From Desulfobacteraceae bacterium (GTDB taxonomy: Bacteria > Desulfobacterota > Desulfobacteria > Desulfobacterales > Desulfosalsimonadaceae), in assembly GCA_011389605.1 (NCBI GenBank), contig JAABTZ010000001.1, positions 1-34,448 on the forward strand: 34,448 nt of DNA. The letters run 5' to 3'. This document shows positions 1-9,104 of this stretch, one piece after another; positions within the stretch are counted from its first letter, which is position 1; each line of letters begins with the position of its first letter. The position numbers and the translations under genes were made by a program. Below the pieces are notes generated by a model. It searched no databases, had not been told where the DNA came from, and was given only the letters and a program-made list of their open reading frames with translations.

Positions 1-69
1 TCGCTGTGTATAGGCGTCTGCCATCTCCCGGGCAGCTGTCTGCCGGTATTGGTGGGTTTTTATTTTCAT
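1..69 (-). CDS. N-terminal fragment of a gene running off the window, probably a LutB/LldF-type Fe-S lactate utilisation protein
   Basis: ATG at 69-67 overlaps the lutA stop (ATGA coupling). The frame MKIKTHQYRQTAAREMADAYTQR is open to the window edge. Identity is inferred only from the usual lutA-lutB order. Confidence 0.45.
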   Translation of the reverse strand, partial: MKIKTHQYRQTAAREMADAYTQR

Positions 70-806
70 CCCGCTGCCTTTTTCAGGTTTTCAGCCAGAA
101 AGGAGGCCAGGTGCATGACTTTTTTTTCCGGATGATGCCGGCTCATGTAGCCGGAAAGATGCAGCAGACATCCGGGCTCGCCCATTACCAGCACGTCGGC
201 TCCGCTTTCTGTAAACCATTGGGCCTTGTCTGCGGCCATGGCAGTTGAAATTTCAGGGTAATCAATGGAAAACCGCCCCCCGAATCCACAGCATATGTCT
301 GATCCTTCCATTTCGACAAGCTCAAGATCCCGGACCCCTTTTAGCAAAGCTTTGGGCTGCTTTGACACACCAAGGCCGTATAAAAGACTGCATGACTCAT
401 GATAGGCTGCTTTACCTGCAAACCGGGCTCCCACATCCGTGATCCGCACCTGGTCGACCAGAAACTCGGAGAGCTCAAAAACACGGGCGGCCACAGCTTC
501 GGCCCGCTTTTTCCATTCAGGCTCATTTACGAACAAAAGCGGATAGTGACTGCGCACCATCTGCACGCAGGACCCCGAGGGACAGACAATAACGGGATCA
601 TTTTCAAAAATTTCAATAAACCGCCGGGCCAGCTTTCTTGCCTGACTCTCATGTCCTGCATTGTAAAGTACCTGACCGCAGCAGGTCTGGTCTTTGTGGA
701 AAAAGGGACGGCATCCGATGCTGCGCAGCAAAATTACAACGGACCGGCCGATATCGGACAGCCACTGATCAACAATGCACGGAGCAAAAAGGGAAACCTG
801 ATGCAT
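66..806 (-). CDS. lutA: LutA/LldE/YkgE-family (Fe-S)-binding protein with two CCG domains
   Basis: Motifs VSLFAPCIVD, QTCCGQ, CPSGSC, YHESC, ICCGFGG and PGCLLH. Start moved to ATG 806, just after the iorB stop. Confidence 0.85.
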   Translation of the reverse strand: MHQVSLFAPCIVDQWLSDIGRSVVILLRSIGCRPFFHKDQTCCGQVLYNAGHESQARKLARRFIEIFENDPVIVCPSGSCVQMVRSHYPLLFVNEPEWKKRAEAVAARVFELSEFLVDQVRITDVGARFAGKAAYHESCSLLYGLGVSKQPKALLKGVRDLELVEMEGSDICCGFGGRFSIDYPEISTAMAADKAQWFTESGADVLVMGEPGCLLHLSGYMSRHHPEKKVMHLASFLAENLKKAAG

Positions 807-807
807 G

Positions 808-1449
808 TCAGGCCCCGCTGATGCCTTCTGCCAGCAGCATGTCAGCACCCCTGGCAAAGGCATCGCAATTTACGGAAACCTTGTCTGCGGCCATCATATT
901 AGAAACAGCATCCTTGAAAGTGTCCTTATCAACAGGCAGGATGTCTGCGGCACTAAGTGCGCCGATCATCATGATATTTGCAAAAATGGCATTGCCCATG
1001 GCCATGGCAGCACCGGTTGCCTCCAGGAACCAGGCTTTTGCAGACAGATCCCGGATCCACTGCCGAAGCTCGTCCTGCTCCGGATATTTAAACTGTCCCG
1101 AGATCACGGCAATTGAATGCACAGGCCGGGTGTTGCACAAAACATATACATCCGGGTTGCCGTATTCGTAAAGCACCCGCAGGGCCTCGGTGGGCTCCAG
1201 GGAAACTACCACGTGGGCTCTTCCCTTTGGAATCTGGGGAGACCAGGTGCCTTTTGAAGAAATCCGCAAATGACTCATTACCGAGCCGCCCCTCTGGGAG
1301 GCCCCGAATGTTTCCCCGATGGTAACGCTGTAGCCTTTTTGAGTCAGCATGCTGCCCAGCACCCGGGAAGCCAGTACATTGCCCTGCCCCCCCACACCGG
1401 TGATCACCAGATTGAACGGATCGCTTAAAAGATTGGCGGCTGCCGTCAT
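808..1449 (-). CDS. iorB: Indolepyruvate:ferredoxin oxidoreductase beta subunit
   Basis: ITGVGGQG and ETFGASQRGGSVMSHLR motifs; lies directly downstream of iorA. Confidence 0.92.
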   Translation of the reverse strand: MTAAANLLSDPFNLVITGVGGQGNVLASRVLGSMLTQKGYSVTIGETFGASQRGGSVMSHLRISSKGTWSPQIPKGRAHVVVSLEPTEALRVLYEYGNPDVYVLCNTRPVHSIAVISGQFKYPEQDELRQWIRDLSAKAWFLEATGAAMAMGNAIFANIMMIGALSAADILPVDKDTFKDAVSNMMAADKVSVNCDAFARGADMLLAEGISGA

Positions 1450-1452
1450 ATT

Positions 1453-3390
1453 CTAGGCCCTCTCTTTTTTCGTGATGGCTCCGGTCGGACAAACAGAGGC
1501 GCATACTCCGCAGCCGGCACAGATGACCTCGTCGATGCGCGCGTGTTGATTTTTTTCATCCCAGTTTAACCCCGGACATTTAAACACCCGGGTGCAAAGC
1601 TTGTTGCACCCGCAGTTTTCGCCAATGCATATGTTTTCATCCAGGTGCATCTCATATCGGGGCTTGCCCTTTTTCTCGGGGCTTAATGCACAGCTCTGTT
1701 TGAAAATAAGCACCTGGACCCCGTTTTTCCCGGTTATTTTTTCCAGCAGTATATCACGGGTTAACTCCATGTCAAAAGGATCGCACACTGTAGTCTGAGC
1801 TCCCACGGCACGGCACACGGATTCAATATCAATGGACGGAGCATCGTGGCCCATGGCATCGACTTCCAGACCCGGGTGGGGCTGAAAACCTGTCATGGCA
1901 GTGCCGCTGTTGTCAAAAACCACCAGGGTAATATCTGCATTGTAATGCACGGCATTGACAAGGGCCGGAATTACCGAATGGAAAAAGGTCGAATCTCCGG
2001 ACACTGCCACAATGGGCTGGTCCATGCCGAACTGGTCCAGTTTGCCGAAACCGCTTGCCAGGCCCGTGCCCGAACCCATTGCGTGCATGGTTTTTAAGGC
2101 GTAATATCCGGTCTCGCGCATGCCAAGGGAATAACAGCCGATATCTCCGCATATAAACCCATCACGGTTGTCTAAGGCCAGTACATTGTGCAGTGTCCAG
2201 TACGAGGCCCGGTGAGGACATCCCGGACAGAATGTCAGATCCCGGCCCGGCGCGCCGGCCATAACACACAGACCGGCTTTTTCAACGTAATCTGCGGGCG
2301 CTGCCTCATAAGACAGATCAAATATCTTGACAAGGGCCGCAATCACGTAATCAGGATTCATTTCCCCAACAGAGGGAATGGTTTTGTCGCGCTTGGCAAA
2401 AATGGTTCTGGGCCCGATTTCCATGGCCAGCTCAGCTGCCAGGACCTTGAGGTTTTCCTCCAGAAACGGGATGACCTCTTCGACCACAAGGACTTTTGAA
2501 CAGTTTTCCAGATGCGTGCGGATCAGTTTCTTTGGCAGAGGCCATGTGGTGCCAAGCTTGAGAAGACCTGCGCGGTCAGAGACTCCAAGAATTTCAATGG
2601 CTTCCCGGCAGTAGAGATTGCAGGCGCTTGAAGTAATTACCAGCAGCTCCGGATTTTCGGGGCCGGTGTAAGTGTTAAAAGGACAATCTTCAAAAAGCGA
2701 TTCCGCCTTTTCAAGCTTTTCCTGCTGAAGAACATGCTTGTATGCCACAGGCGCACTGGTGACAGCACCTTCTTGCGGATCAAGAACAAAACCGCCATGC
2801 CGGAAACGTGCCCGGGGCCGGTTTTCAGGCAAAGCCCCGAGCTTTACGCTCCCGCTTGCATGCGACAGACGGGTAACGCTTCTGAGCATTACAAGGTTGC
2901 CGATCTGCTCGGAAAGCTCAAAGGCCCATTTAACCATGTCCTTGGCCTCCTGAAAATCGCCCGGCTCAAGCAGAGGGATTTCCAGCATGCGTGCAAAATG
3001 CCTGGATTCGCCCTCGTTAATCGAGGACAACGCGCCTGGATCATCACATGGCACAATAACCATGCCGCCCCTGGTTCCCCCGCCGACCAGGTGGAGCAGA
3101 AAATCAGAGGCCACGTTCACCCCGTTTTGCTTCATCACGCAAAGGGAGCGAAGTCCGGCAAAGGATGCTGCAGCGGCAACTTCTGCGGCCACTTTTTCGT
3201 TAGACGACCATTCCACGTACATATTGGCCTCATCGGCCACTTTAGCCAGATTTTCAATGATCTCAGATGACGGCGTGCCCGGATATCCGGCAGCAACGCT
3301 TACGCCGGCCTCCAGGGCGCCCCGGGCAATGGCCTGGTTTCCCATCAACAGATAACGCTGTCCCGGCTTGCCTTCAATCAGTTCACTCAT
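1453..3390 (-). CDS. iorA: Indolepyruvate:ferredoxin oxidoreductase alpha subunit (TPP, 4Fe-4S)
   Basis: LMGNQAIARG, GYPGTPSSE, NEKVA, FCPGCPHR, GDIGCY, TPP motif GDSTFFHS..DN, and C-terminal ferredoxin motif CAGCGVCASVCP. Confidence 0.95.
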   Translation of the reverse strand: MSELIEGKPGQRYLLMGNQAIARGALEAGVSVAAGYPGTPSSEIIENLAKVADEANMYVEWSSNEKVAAEVAAAASFAGLRSLCVMKQNGVNVASDFLLHLVGGGTRGGMVIVPCDDPGALSSINEGESRHFARMLEIPLLEPGDFQEAKDMVKWAFELSEQIGNLVMLRSVTRLSHASGSVKLGALPENRPRARFRHGGFVLDPQEGAVTSAPVAYKHVLQQEKLEKAESLFEDCPFNTYTGPENPELLVITSSACNLYCREAIEILGVSDRAGLLKLGTTWPLPKKLIRTHLENCSKVLVVEEVIPFLEENLKVLAAELAMEIGPRTIFAKRDKTIPSVGEMNPDYVIAALVKIFDLSYEAAPADYVEKAGLCVMAGAPGRDLTFCPGCPHRASYWTLHNVLALDNRDGFICGDIGCYSLGMRETGYYALKTMHAMGSGTGLASGFGKLDQFGMDQPIVAVSGDSTFFHSVIPALVNAVHYNADITLVVFDNSGTAMTGFQPHPGLEVDAMGHDAPSIDIESVCRAVGAQTTVCDPFDMELTRDILLEKITGKNGVQVLIFKQSCALSPEKKGKPRYEMHLDENICIGENCGCNKLCTRVFKCPGLNWDEKNQHARIDEVICAGCGVCASVCPTGAITKKERA

Positions 3391-4516
3391 GGATTCCTCC
3401 CGGCTCGGAAATCATTTTTTCAAGGGCCTGCTTGTTGACCCTTAAAACAGCCCTTCCGCCTTTTTCAGTATTGACCAGGCCCTGGCTGCATGCCCGGTCA
3501 AAGGCACGCTTCTTTTTGGCCGCTGCTGCAGTATTTAGATGGGAAAGGCTGGTTTCAGGAAAATCAGCCAGCACTATGTATCCGGCAGAGGCTGCATCTT
3601 CTGCGAGCTTCAATCCCTTTTCACTGCGTACCACCAGGGTGTTCCAGCCATCTTCTCCTTCCATTGCACCCACGGAAACATCGGCCCACTCTGCGGTCAT
3701 GTCAGGACAGACCCGGCAGCCTTCAGGCACAAGAGAGCGAATATCATCAAGCGGGATTTCAATGGTGCGGCTCTGGGTTTCCAGCACCAGAATTCCGGCA
3801 GGAGGCGGTGGAATTCGGATTTTTAGGATTTCTTCTTCCGGCGCGCGCTTTTCCATAAAAGCCAGCAGCCCGCGTGCATCCAATGCCCATGTGCAAAAAA
3901 GCCCTATAGTCAATGCCACCGGATCGGAAAAATCCGAATCCTGCATCGGATTGGACCGCATCTGAGCCACTGCGGTCATCTGACACGGGGTTCCCACCAC
4001 TCCCATCCGGCCATACCCCTGCTTTATACCGTCATTTAACGACACAAGGGTTGGCGCTGCCGTGTATTTGGACCCTGCAAATGCGGCTACCTCCCCGGAA
4101 TGGGTTACCAGGCCTGGAGACGGCATCAAGCCGTTTCTGCCTGTAAGTACAGCCGCGTCAATGCGGCCTGTTTCCAGGGCAAACCGGACAAGGGCCGAAA
4201 CCGTGCCGCCATCCTGGAAATCGCCTCCCCCTGATTTATCCCCGGCCCTGGCCATGAAGACCTGTTGGTAAGCGCCCATGGGCGCCCCTGTATAATCAGC
4301 ATTGTTTGCCTTACTGGAAAGTTGATCCAGATCAACCTCTGTCTTGGGACAGAAGGCATGGCACCTTCCCTGTTTCCGGTCGCAGGAAAACATCATGGCG
4401 GTTTTGCCCCGCCATGTGGCAAAATAGGGGCATAAGTGAACACATGCGCCGCAGCTTATGCACAAACCTGTCTGCAAAACATCATCGAGAAGTTCACCTG
4501 GTCCGTATATCTGCAT
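3383..4516 (-). CDS. Coenzyme F420 hydrogenase/dehydrogenase beta-subunit (FrhB/FdhB) family Fe-S flavoprotein
   Basis: N-terminal CISCGACVHLCP; QDGGTVSAL, GSKY, VGTPCQ, IGLFC and GCRVCPD..AEWADVSVG motifs. Overlaps the iorA start by 8 nt. Confidence 0.88.
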   Translation of the reverse strand: MQIYGPGELLDDVLQTGLCISCGACVHLCPYFATWRGKTAMMFSCDRKQGRCHAFCPKTEVDLDQLSSKANNADYTGAPMGAYQQVFMARAGDKSGGGDFQDGGTVSALVRFALETGRIDAAVLTGRNGLMPSPGLVTHSGEVAAFAGSKYTAAPTLVSLNDGIKQGYGRMGVVGTPCQMTAVAQMRSNPMQDSDFSDPVALTIGLFCTWALDARGLLAFMEKRAPEEEILKIRIPPPPAGILVLETQSRTIEIPLDDIRSLVPEGCRVCPDMTAEWADVSVGAMEGEDGWNTLVVRSEKGLKLAEDAASAGYIVLADFPETSLSHLNTAAAAKKKRAFDRACSQGLVNTEKGGRAVLRVNKQALEKMISEPGGIHE

Positions 4517-4566
4517 ATAACTCTCCGATCTAAATTAATTAAGAGATTTGGTTAGATCCTATAATT

Positions 4567-4595
4567 TTTCTAATCAAATCTCTTGCATTCGTCAA
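4567..4595 (-). promoter_or_regulatory. Putative sigma70 promoter of the frhB-like/ior operon
   Basis: Minus strand reads TTGACG (4595-4590), 17 nt, TAGAAA (4572-4567). Confidence 0.4.
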
Positions 4596-4624
4596 TGACA
4601 AATAATGTTCGTCATTATCAAACA
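4586..4624. promoter_or_regulatory. Tandem putative IclR-family operator boxes (TGTTCG-N7-CGAACA-like)
   Basis: CATTCG-tcaatga-CAAATA (4586-4604) and TGTTCG-tcattat-CAAACA (4606-4624) in the divergent region. The same motif recurs at 4713-4731 and 9145-9163. Confidence 0.6.
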
Positions 4625-4712
4625 AAAGTATTAAAAAATCTGAACCGCCATGTTCAGCTTTTAGATAAAATTTGACTGCTGTTTTAAATATGGATATTTT
4701 AGAACATCCAGA

Positions 4713-4731
4713 AATTCACCATGATCGAACG
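4713..4731. promoter_or_regulatory. Putative IclR autoregulatory box
   Basis: AATTCA-ccatgat-CGAACG ends 11 nt before the IclR ATG and has the same N7 spacing as the other boxes. Confidence 0.4.
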
Positions 4732-4742
4732 GAGTTTTCAAA

Positions 4743-5522
4743 ATGACTGTACAATCCGTCCAGCGCGCATTGACAATTCTTACCCTGTTTTCCCATCGCC
4801 GTCCGGTGCTGGGCATCTCGGAATTAAGCCGGCTGATGGATCTGCCCAAAGGCACAGTGCACGGCTTAACCCGCACCCTGGTTGACCATGGGTTTCTAAA
4901 CCAGGACGAGCAGACACGAAAATACCGGCTGGGATTAAAAATCCATGAACTGGGCATTGTGCTCGCAGGCACCCTGGAACTCAACCAGAAAGCGGCCGGA
5001 CCATGCCACCAGCTTTCACGGCGCACCGGGCAGCTTTCGCGCATCGGCATCTGGGACGGGGGCTCCGTGGTCATAACCTTAAATACACACCCCAATCCAA
5101 TGCCTGTGCTCCCCCACCAGGTTGGCCCGCGCATCCATGCTTACTGCTCGGGCATCGGCAAAGCCATCCTGGCATTTCTCGATGACAAAACAGTCAGGCA
5201 GTACCTTTCCCGGACCAAGATGACCGCCTTTACTCCTTTAACCATAACTGTCAAAAAAAAACTGATAGAAGACCTTAAAACCATACGACAGCAGGGATAC
5301 GCCACAGACCGGGAAGAAGCAGTCCAGGGATTGGGCTGCATCGGAGCCCCGATTTTCGACCGCCAGGGCAGGGTAGCCGGCGCTATCAGCCTGTCAGGCC
5401 CGGTCAATCAGATACTTGGAGAGCAGACCGGAGTCCTTGCCGGGGAGGTGCTTTCCACTGCAGCGGAAATATCACGCCTGTTGGGCTACTTCCCGGCTAT
5501 AATGGAAACAGTGGAGCCTTGA
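4743..5522 (+). CDS. IclR-family transcriptional regulator
   Basis: VQSVQRALTIL..GISELSR..LPKGTVHGL HTH; C-terminal HAYCSGIGKAILA and GYATDREE..GLGCIGAPIF. Confidence 0.95.
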   Translation: MTVQSVQRALTILTLFSHRRPVLGISELSRLMDLPKGTVHGLTRTLVDHGFLNQDEQTRKYRLGLKIHELGIVLAGTLELNQKAAGPCHQLSRRTGQLSRIGIWDGGSVVITLNTHPNPMPVLPHQVGPRIHAYCSGIGKAILAFLDDKTVRQYLSRTKMTAFTPLTITVKKKLIEDLKTIRQQGYATDREEAVQGLGCIGAPIFDRQGRVAGAISLSGPVNQILGEQTGVLAGEVLSTAAEISRLLGYFPAIMETVEP

Positions 5523-5569
5523 TCAAAAATCCTTTTTATCGCACATGTTAAAATCGCCCATAGAACTTT

Positions 5570-5893
5570 TTAAACTGAGCGTTTAAGATAATATCTATTG
5601 TCATGGGTCATTTCCACCACGTCGTTTTGCATCAGCACCTGCAATCCTTCCGGACGAAAAGTGCGCAGCCCCGCCCGAAGCAGATTTCTTTGAATGCCCC
5701 CAAGGGCCACGGCCGAATCCGGACCATGGGCACCCTGGTTTTCCAGCTCCCGGACAATACCCCTGCCTGCCCGATGCGCTGCCCGGACCTTGAATCCGCG
5801 GCTCATGATATAGACAGCAAAAAGAAAAACTCCCATCATCAGGATCGAAAGCGCTTCAGACACGGATCTGCTCCTTACTATTGGCGGCGCCAT
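5570..5893 (-). CDS. Small hypothetical protein with an N-terminal transmembrane segment
   Basis: Fills the gap downstream of dctM on the same strand. Hydrophobic ILMMGVFLFAVYIM is followed by a basic soluble domain. Start codon uncertain. Confidence 0.6.
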   Translation of the reverse strand: MAPPIVRSRSVSEALSILMMGVFLFAVYIMSRGFKVRAAHRAGRGIVRELENQGAHGPDSAVALGGIQRNLLRAGLRTFRPEGLQVLMQNDVVEMTHDNRYYLKRSV

Positions 5894-5956
5894 CTAAAAA
5901 CTTTACAATTGATCAGTTTAGACTGATCCAAGGTTTTAAAGGCACCCGGGCTTTTT

Positions 5957-7267
5957 TTAAAACAGCTTATTGGGAAGCCACAACACTATTTGAGGAAAAA
6001 CCATCACAATAACAAGGCCTACAATTTCCACGATCGTAAAGGGAATAACCGACCTGTAAATATCAATCATTGTTATTGACGGCGGCACGATCCCTTTCAT
6101 GTAAAACAAGTTAAACCCGAAAGGCGGGGTCATGTAGCCGATTTCCATGTTAATGATAAAAAGAATCCCGAACCATATGGGATCAAATCCCATGGACTCG
6201 ACCACCGGAACAAATATGGGAACACAGATCATCATAATGCCTGCCGGGTCCAGAACCATTGCCAGCAGGAAAATGATTGCCTGCATAAAAATAATGGTGC
6301 CCCAGGGCCCGCCGGGTATATAGGCCATCAGATCCTCGATGAGCTTTGGCGCACCCATGCCGTGGTAGGCGGCCGTGAAACAATAGGCGCCAAACAGAAT
6401 CCACACGATCATGCCTGTTAACCGAAAAGTTCTCAAGGCTGCTGCACCTAGCAGGGAAATATTGAGCTGCCTGTAGACCAATCCGGAAATCAAAGCACCC
6501 AGAACCCCGACACCGGCGGCCTCGGTGGGAGTGGCGATCCCGAATACAATTGAGCCCAGCACCATCACCACTATCATGGAAGGAAGGATAACGGCCTTAA
6601 GTGTTCGCAGTCTGCGGCCCCAGTCCCCCCTCTCCTCCGGGGGTATGGGCGGTCCCAGGTGAGGCTGAAAATAGCACCTGATACCTATATAAAGCGAAAC
6701 CAGCACAAACAAAAGAAGCCCCGGAAAAACGCCCCCGGCAAACAGCCTGCCCACGGATTCTCCGGTGATTATGGCATAGAGTATCATTATAATGCTGGGA
6801 GGAATCAGTATGCCCCAGCCGCCCCCCGAGTTGATGCAGCCCACGGCAATGAGCTTGTCGTATTTGTACTTGAGCATGGAAGGAAGAGCAATTGCCCCCA
6901 TGCTGACCACTGCGGCCCCGGAAATTCCGCACATGGCTGAAAATATGGCGCAGATGCCAACGGTTCCTATAGCCAGACCGCCTCTTAAGGACCCGAACCA
7001 GACATACATCATCTCGTAGAGGTCTTCGGCTGTCCCGGATTTTTCAAGAATCATGGCCATGAATATAAAAAGCGGTATTGCCACCAGCACGAACTTATTC
7101 ATGGCATTCCAGGCCTGCATGGCGATCATGTACATCATGCCTATATCGGATGTGAAATACAGAAACACGATGGATACACCGCCTAAAACAAAAGTAAGCG
7201 GCAGTCCGAGCAGCAGAAAAATCAGAAGTGACCCGAAAAACAGAAGTGTAAGGATTTCTATGCTCAT
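5957..7267 (-). CDS. dctM: TRAP transporter large permease
   Basis: Highly hydrophobic 436 aa; LVAIPLFIFM, GILIPPSI, ATPTEAAGVG and TPPFGFNLF motifs. Confidence 0.95.
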   Translation of the reverse strand: MSIEILTLLFFGSLLIFLLLGLPLTFVLGGVSIVFLYFTSDIGMMYMIAMQAWNAMNKFVLVAIPLFIFMAMILEKSGTAEDLYEMMYVWFGSLRGGLAIGTVGICAIFSAMCGISGAAVVSMGAIALPSMLKYKYDKLIAVGCINSGGGWGILIPPSIIMILYAIITGESVGRLFAGGVFPGLLLFVLVSLYIGIRCYFQPHLGPPIPPEERGDWGRRLRTLKAVILPSMIVVMVLGSIVFGIATPTEAAGVGVLGALISGLVYRQLNISLLGAAALRTFRLTGMIVWILFGAYCFTAAYHGMGAPKLIEDLMAYIPGGPWGTIIFMQAIIFLLAMVLDPAGIMMICVPIFVPVVESMGFDPIWFGILFIINMEIGYMTPPFGFNLFYMKGIVPPSITMIDIYRSVIPFTIVEIVGLVIVMVFPQIVLWLPNKLF

Positions 7268-7812
7268 ACCGCTTCCTTTTCAGTTAAATCTTCGGAGAAA
7301 AAGGGCGTGCCGGTAACCAGAGTATAAACGTCTCGGATTAATTTGGCAATCCCCTGCAAAACCAGTAATGCTGCCCCCACGGGAATCATGAGTTTAAAGG
7401 GCCAAAGAGGCGGGCCCCATGCCGAATTGGAATGCTCCCAGAAAGATATGGAATGCATGGCAAACTCTCCGCCGTAATACAGAAGCATGCCGCAGAACAA
7501 AAAGAACAGAACCGAAGTCAAAATGTCAACAAATGCCCTGCCCCTGGCGCTGAGCTTGGTGTAGAGGATATCAACGTTTACATGCCCTCCCCATCTGAGG
7601 ATGTGTCCCCCGGCCAGAAATACGTAGACTCCAAAGGTCAGCTGGGTGAGCTCCTGGCCCCATACCGTGGGAGCGTTGAAAAAATACCGGCGGATCACCT
7701 CGCTTAACACAAGTACAAACATCAGCAAAACGGCCCAGGCCAGGATTCTTCCCAGCCAGTCGTTTAAGGCGTCAACCAGTTTGAGGACTTCAAAAACCAG
7801 GCGCATGGCCAT
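7264..7812 (-). CDS. dctQ: TRAP transporter small permease
   Basis: Four TM segments; EVIRRYFFNAPTVW and HVNVDIL motifs; ATGA overlap with dctM. Confidence 0.92.
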   Translation of the reverse strand: MAMRLVFEVLKLVDALNDWLGRILAWAVLLMFVLVLSEVIRRYFFNAPTVWGQELTQLTFGVYVFLAGGHILRWGGHVNVDILYTKLSARGRAFVDILTSVLFFLFCGMLLYYGGEFAMHSISFWEHSNSAWGPPLWPFKLMIPVGAALLVLQGIAKLIRDVYTLVTGTPFFSEDLTEKEAV

Positions 7813-7833
7813 CTCCCCGCATTTATTAGCCTG

Positions 7834-7880
7834 TCTGTCCCCACCATGTTTTTCGGAGCTGAAAACATGACGGGGACAGA
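7834..7880. other. Intercistronic stem-loop between dctP and dctQ
   Basis: TCTGTCCCC..CATGTTTT pairs with AAAACATG..GGGGACAGA; there is no U-tract on the minus strand. Confidence 0.6.
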
Positions 7881-7934
7881 TGAGAGTTTAAAAATCAATT
7901 ATTCTCCCGGGGTTATACCGGAAGGCTGCCGCCG

Positions 7935-8972
7935 TTATTCAATCCTGCCCATCTTGCGGTTAAAATCCTTTATCATTTCAATGGCCTTGGCGCATTCCGG
8001 GGATTTTTCAGCAACATCATCCCAGATTTTCATGGCCGCCTGCTGCATTTTGGCAAATTCCCCGGAAGGCATGGTAATAAGCTCGACACCTTCTTGCTGC
8101 TGGACTTTTGCAAGTGCCAGCTCTTCTAGGTACTGATACTGATTGGTCCTTTTCCAGAAATGCTCTTCCAGGGTGGTTACAAGTATTTCCTGAAGGTCGG
8201 CGGGCAACTTGTCAAAGGCTTTCTGGTTGATCAGCCAGATATCTGTGGCCGCTATATTCAAAGGCGGGCGAAGGTGGTATTTATTGATTTCATAAAATTT
8301 CATGCTGCTGCTTCCCTGGACTGCACCCCAATGGGCTCCTTCCATCATACCCGATGCCAGGGCGGCATAAACGTCCCCGCCTGGAATCATCTGGGCTGCA
8401 GCGCCAATGGAGGTAAGGTATTTTTGCAAAATACCCGATGAACGCAGCTTAAGACCCTTGAAATCATCAAAGGAGCGTACCGGTTTTTTCAGGGACAATT
8501 CTGTTGTATAGATCTTGTCAGTGAAAAACAGCATCCCGTGTTCTTTCTTAAAATGCTCCTTGACCATATCCTCAAAGCCCATCCATTGATGGAAGTAGAC
8601 TCCTTCCCACACGTTTGCAAAGTTTAAGGGAGGCCCGGCGACCACATTTAAAATGGGTATTTCCTGAAGGTCGTAAGCCGATGAGGTTACACCAATAGGA
8701 AACATGCCTCTTTTGACTGCGCTTAAAGTCTGGGGTCCGGGAATCACAGAACCGGCAGGCTGGGGCTCGATTATAAATCTGCCGTTGCTTCTTTCCTCTA
8801 CAATATCGGCTACGGCCTGCAGGCTGTCTTTGAATGAAACACTTGCCGAAGGCCAGTGGCATGGCGCTTTCCATGTGATCACGTCATCGGCTGTGACTTT
8901 TTGGGCACCCATGGAAAGGGCCCCTGCAAAAATCAGCAAAAAAGTCATCAAACCGGTCACTGTCTTTTTCAT
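7935..8972 (-). CDS. dctP: TRAP transporter substrate-binding protein
   Basis: Signal peptide MKKTVTGLMTFLLIFAG, with AAGGAGG RBS before ATG 8972. Motifs DDFKGLKLRS, DVYAALASG and FDKLPADLQ. Confidence 0.93.
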   Translation of the reverse strand: MKKTVTGLMTFLLIFAGALSMGAQKVTADDVITWKAPCHWPSASVSFKDSLQAVADIVEERSNGRFIIEPQPAGSVIPGPQTLSAVKRGMFPIGVTSSAYDLQEIPILNVVAGPPLNFANVWEGVYFHQWMGFEDMVKEHFKKEHGMLFFTDKIYTTELSLKKPVRSFDDFKGLKLRSSGILQKYLTSIGAAAQMIPGGDVYAALASGMMEGAHWGAVQGSSSMKFYEINKYHLRPPLNIAATDIWLINQKAFDKLPADLQEILVTTLEEHFWKRTNQYQYLEELALAKVQQQEGVELITMPSGEFAKMQQAAMKIWDDVAEKSPECAKAIEMIKDFNRKMGRIE

Positions 8973-9104
8973 GTCAATCCTCCTTGTGGTTTCGGGGTCT
9001 GTGTGTGGCATTATAAAAACTGCTGCCATTATATTTAAAATCTTTCAGAAGACTACTACCACCCCCTTTCCATTTGAAAACCGGTTTTTAAGAAGCCGTC
9101 GAAT

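Noticed and set aside
808-810. Sec read-through of the iorB TGA into lutA
   Set aside because: lutA is in a different frame, IorB is already full length, and no conserved Cys aligns here.
807-863. Extended N-termini in the ORF track (lutA 863, dctP 9029, ligase 10879, livG-like 22115, regulator 23853, methyltransferase 25000)
   Set aside because: Downstream ATGs fit family N-termini better, have a clear RBS in some cases, or avoid overlap with the upstream gene.
4661-5134. 157-aa minus-strand ORF
   Set aside because: It is antisense to the clear IclR gene and has no motifs.
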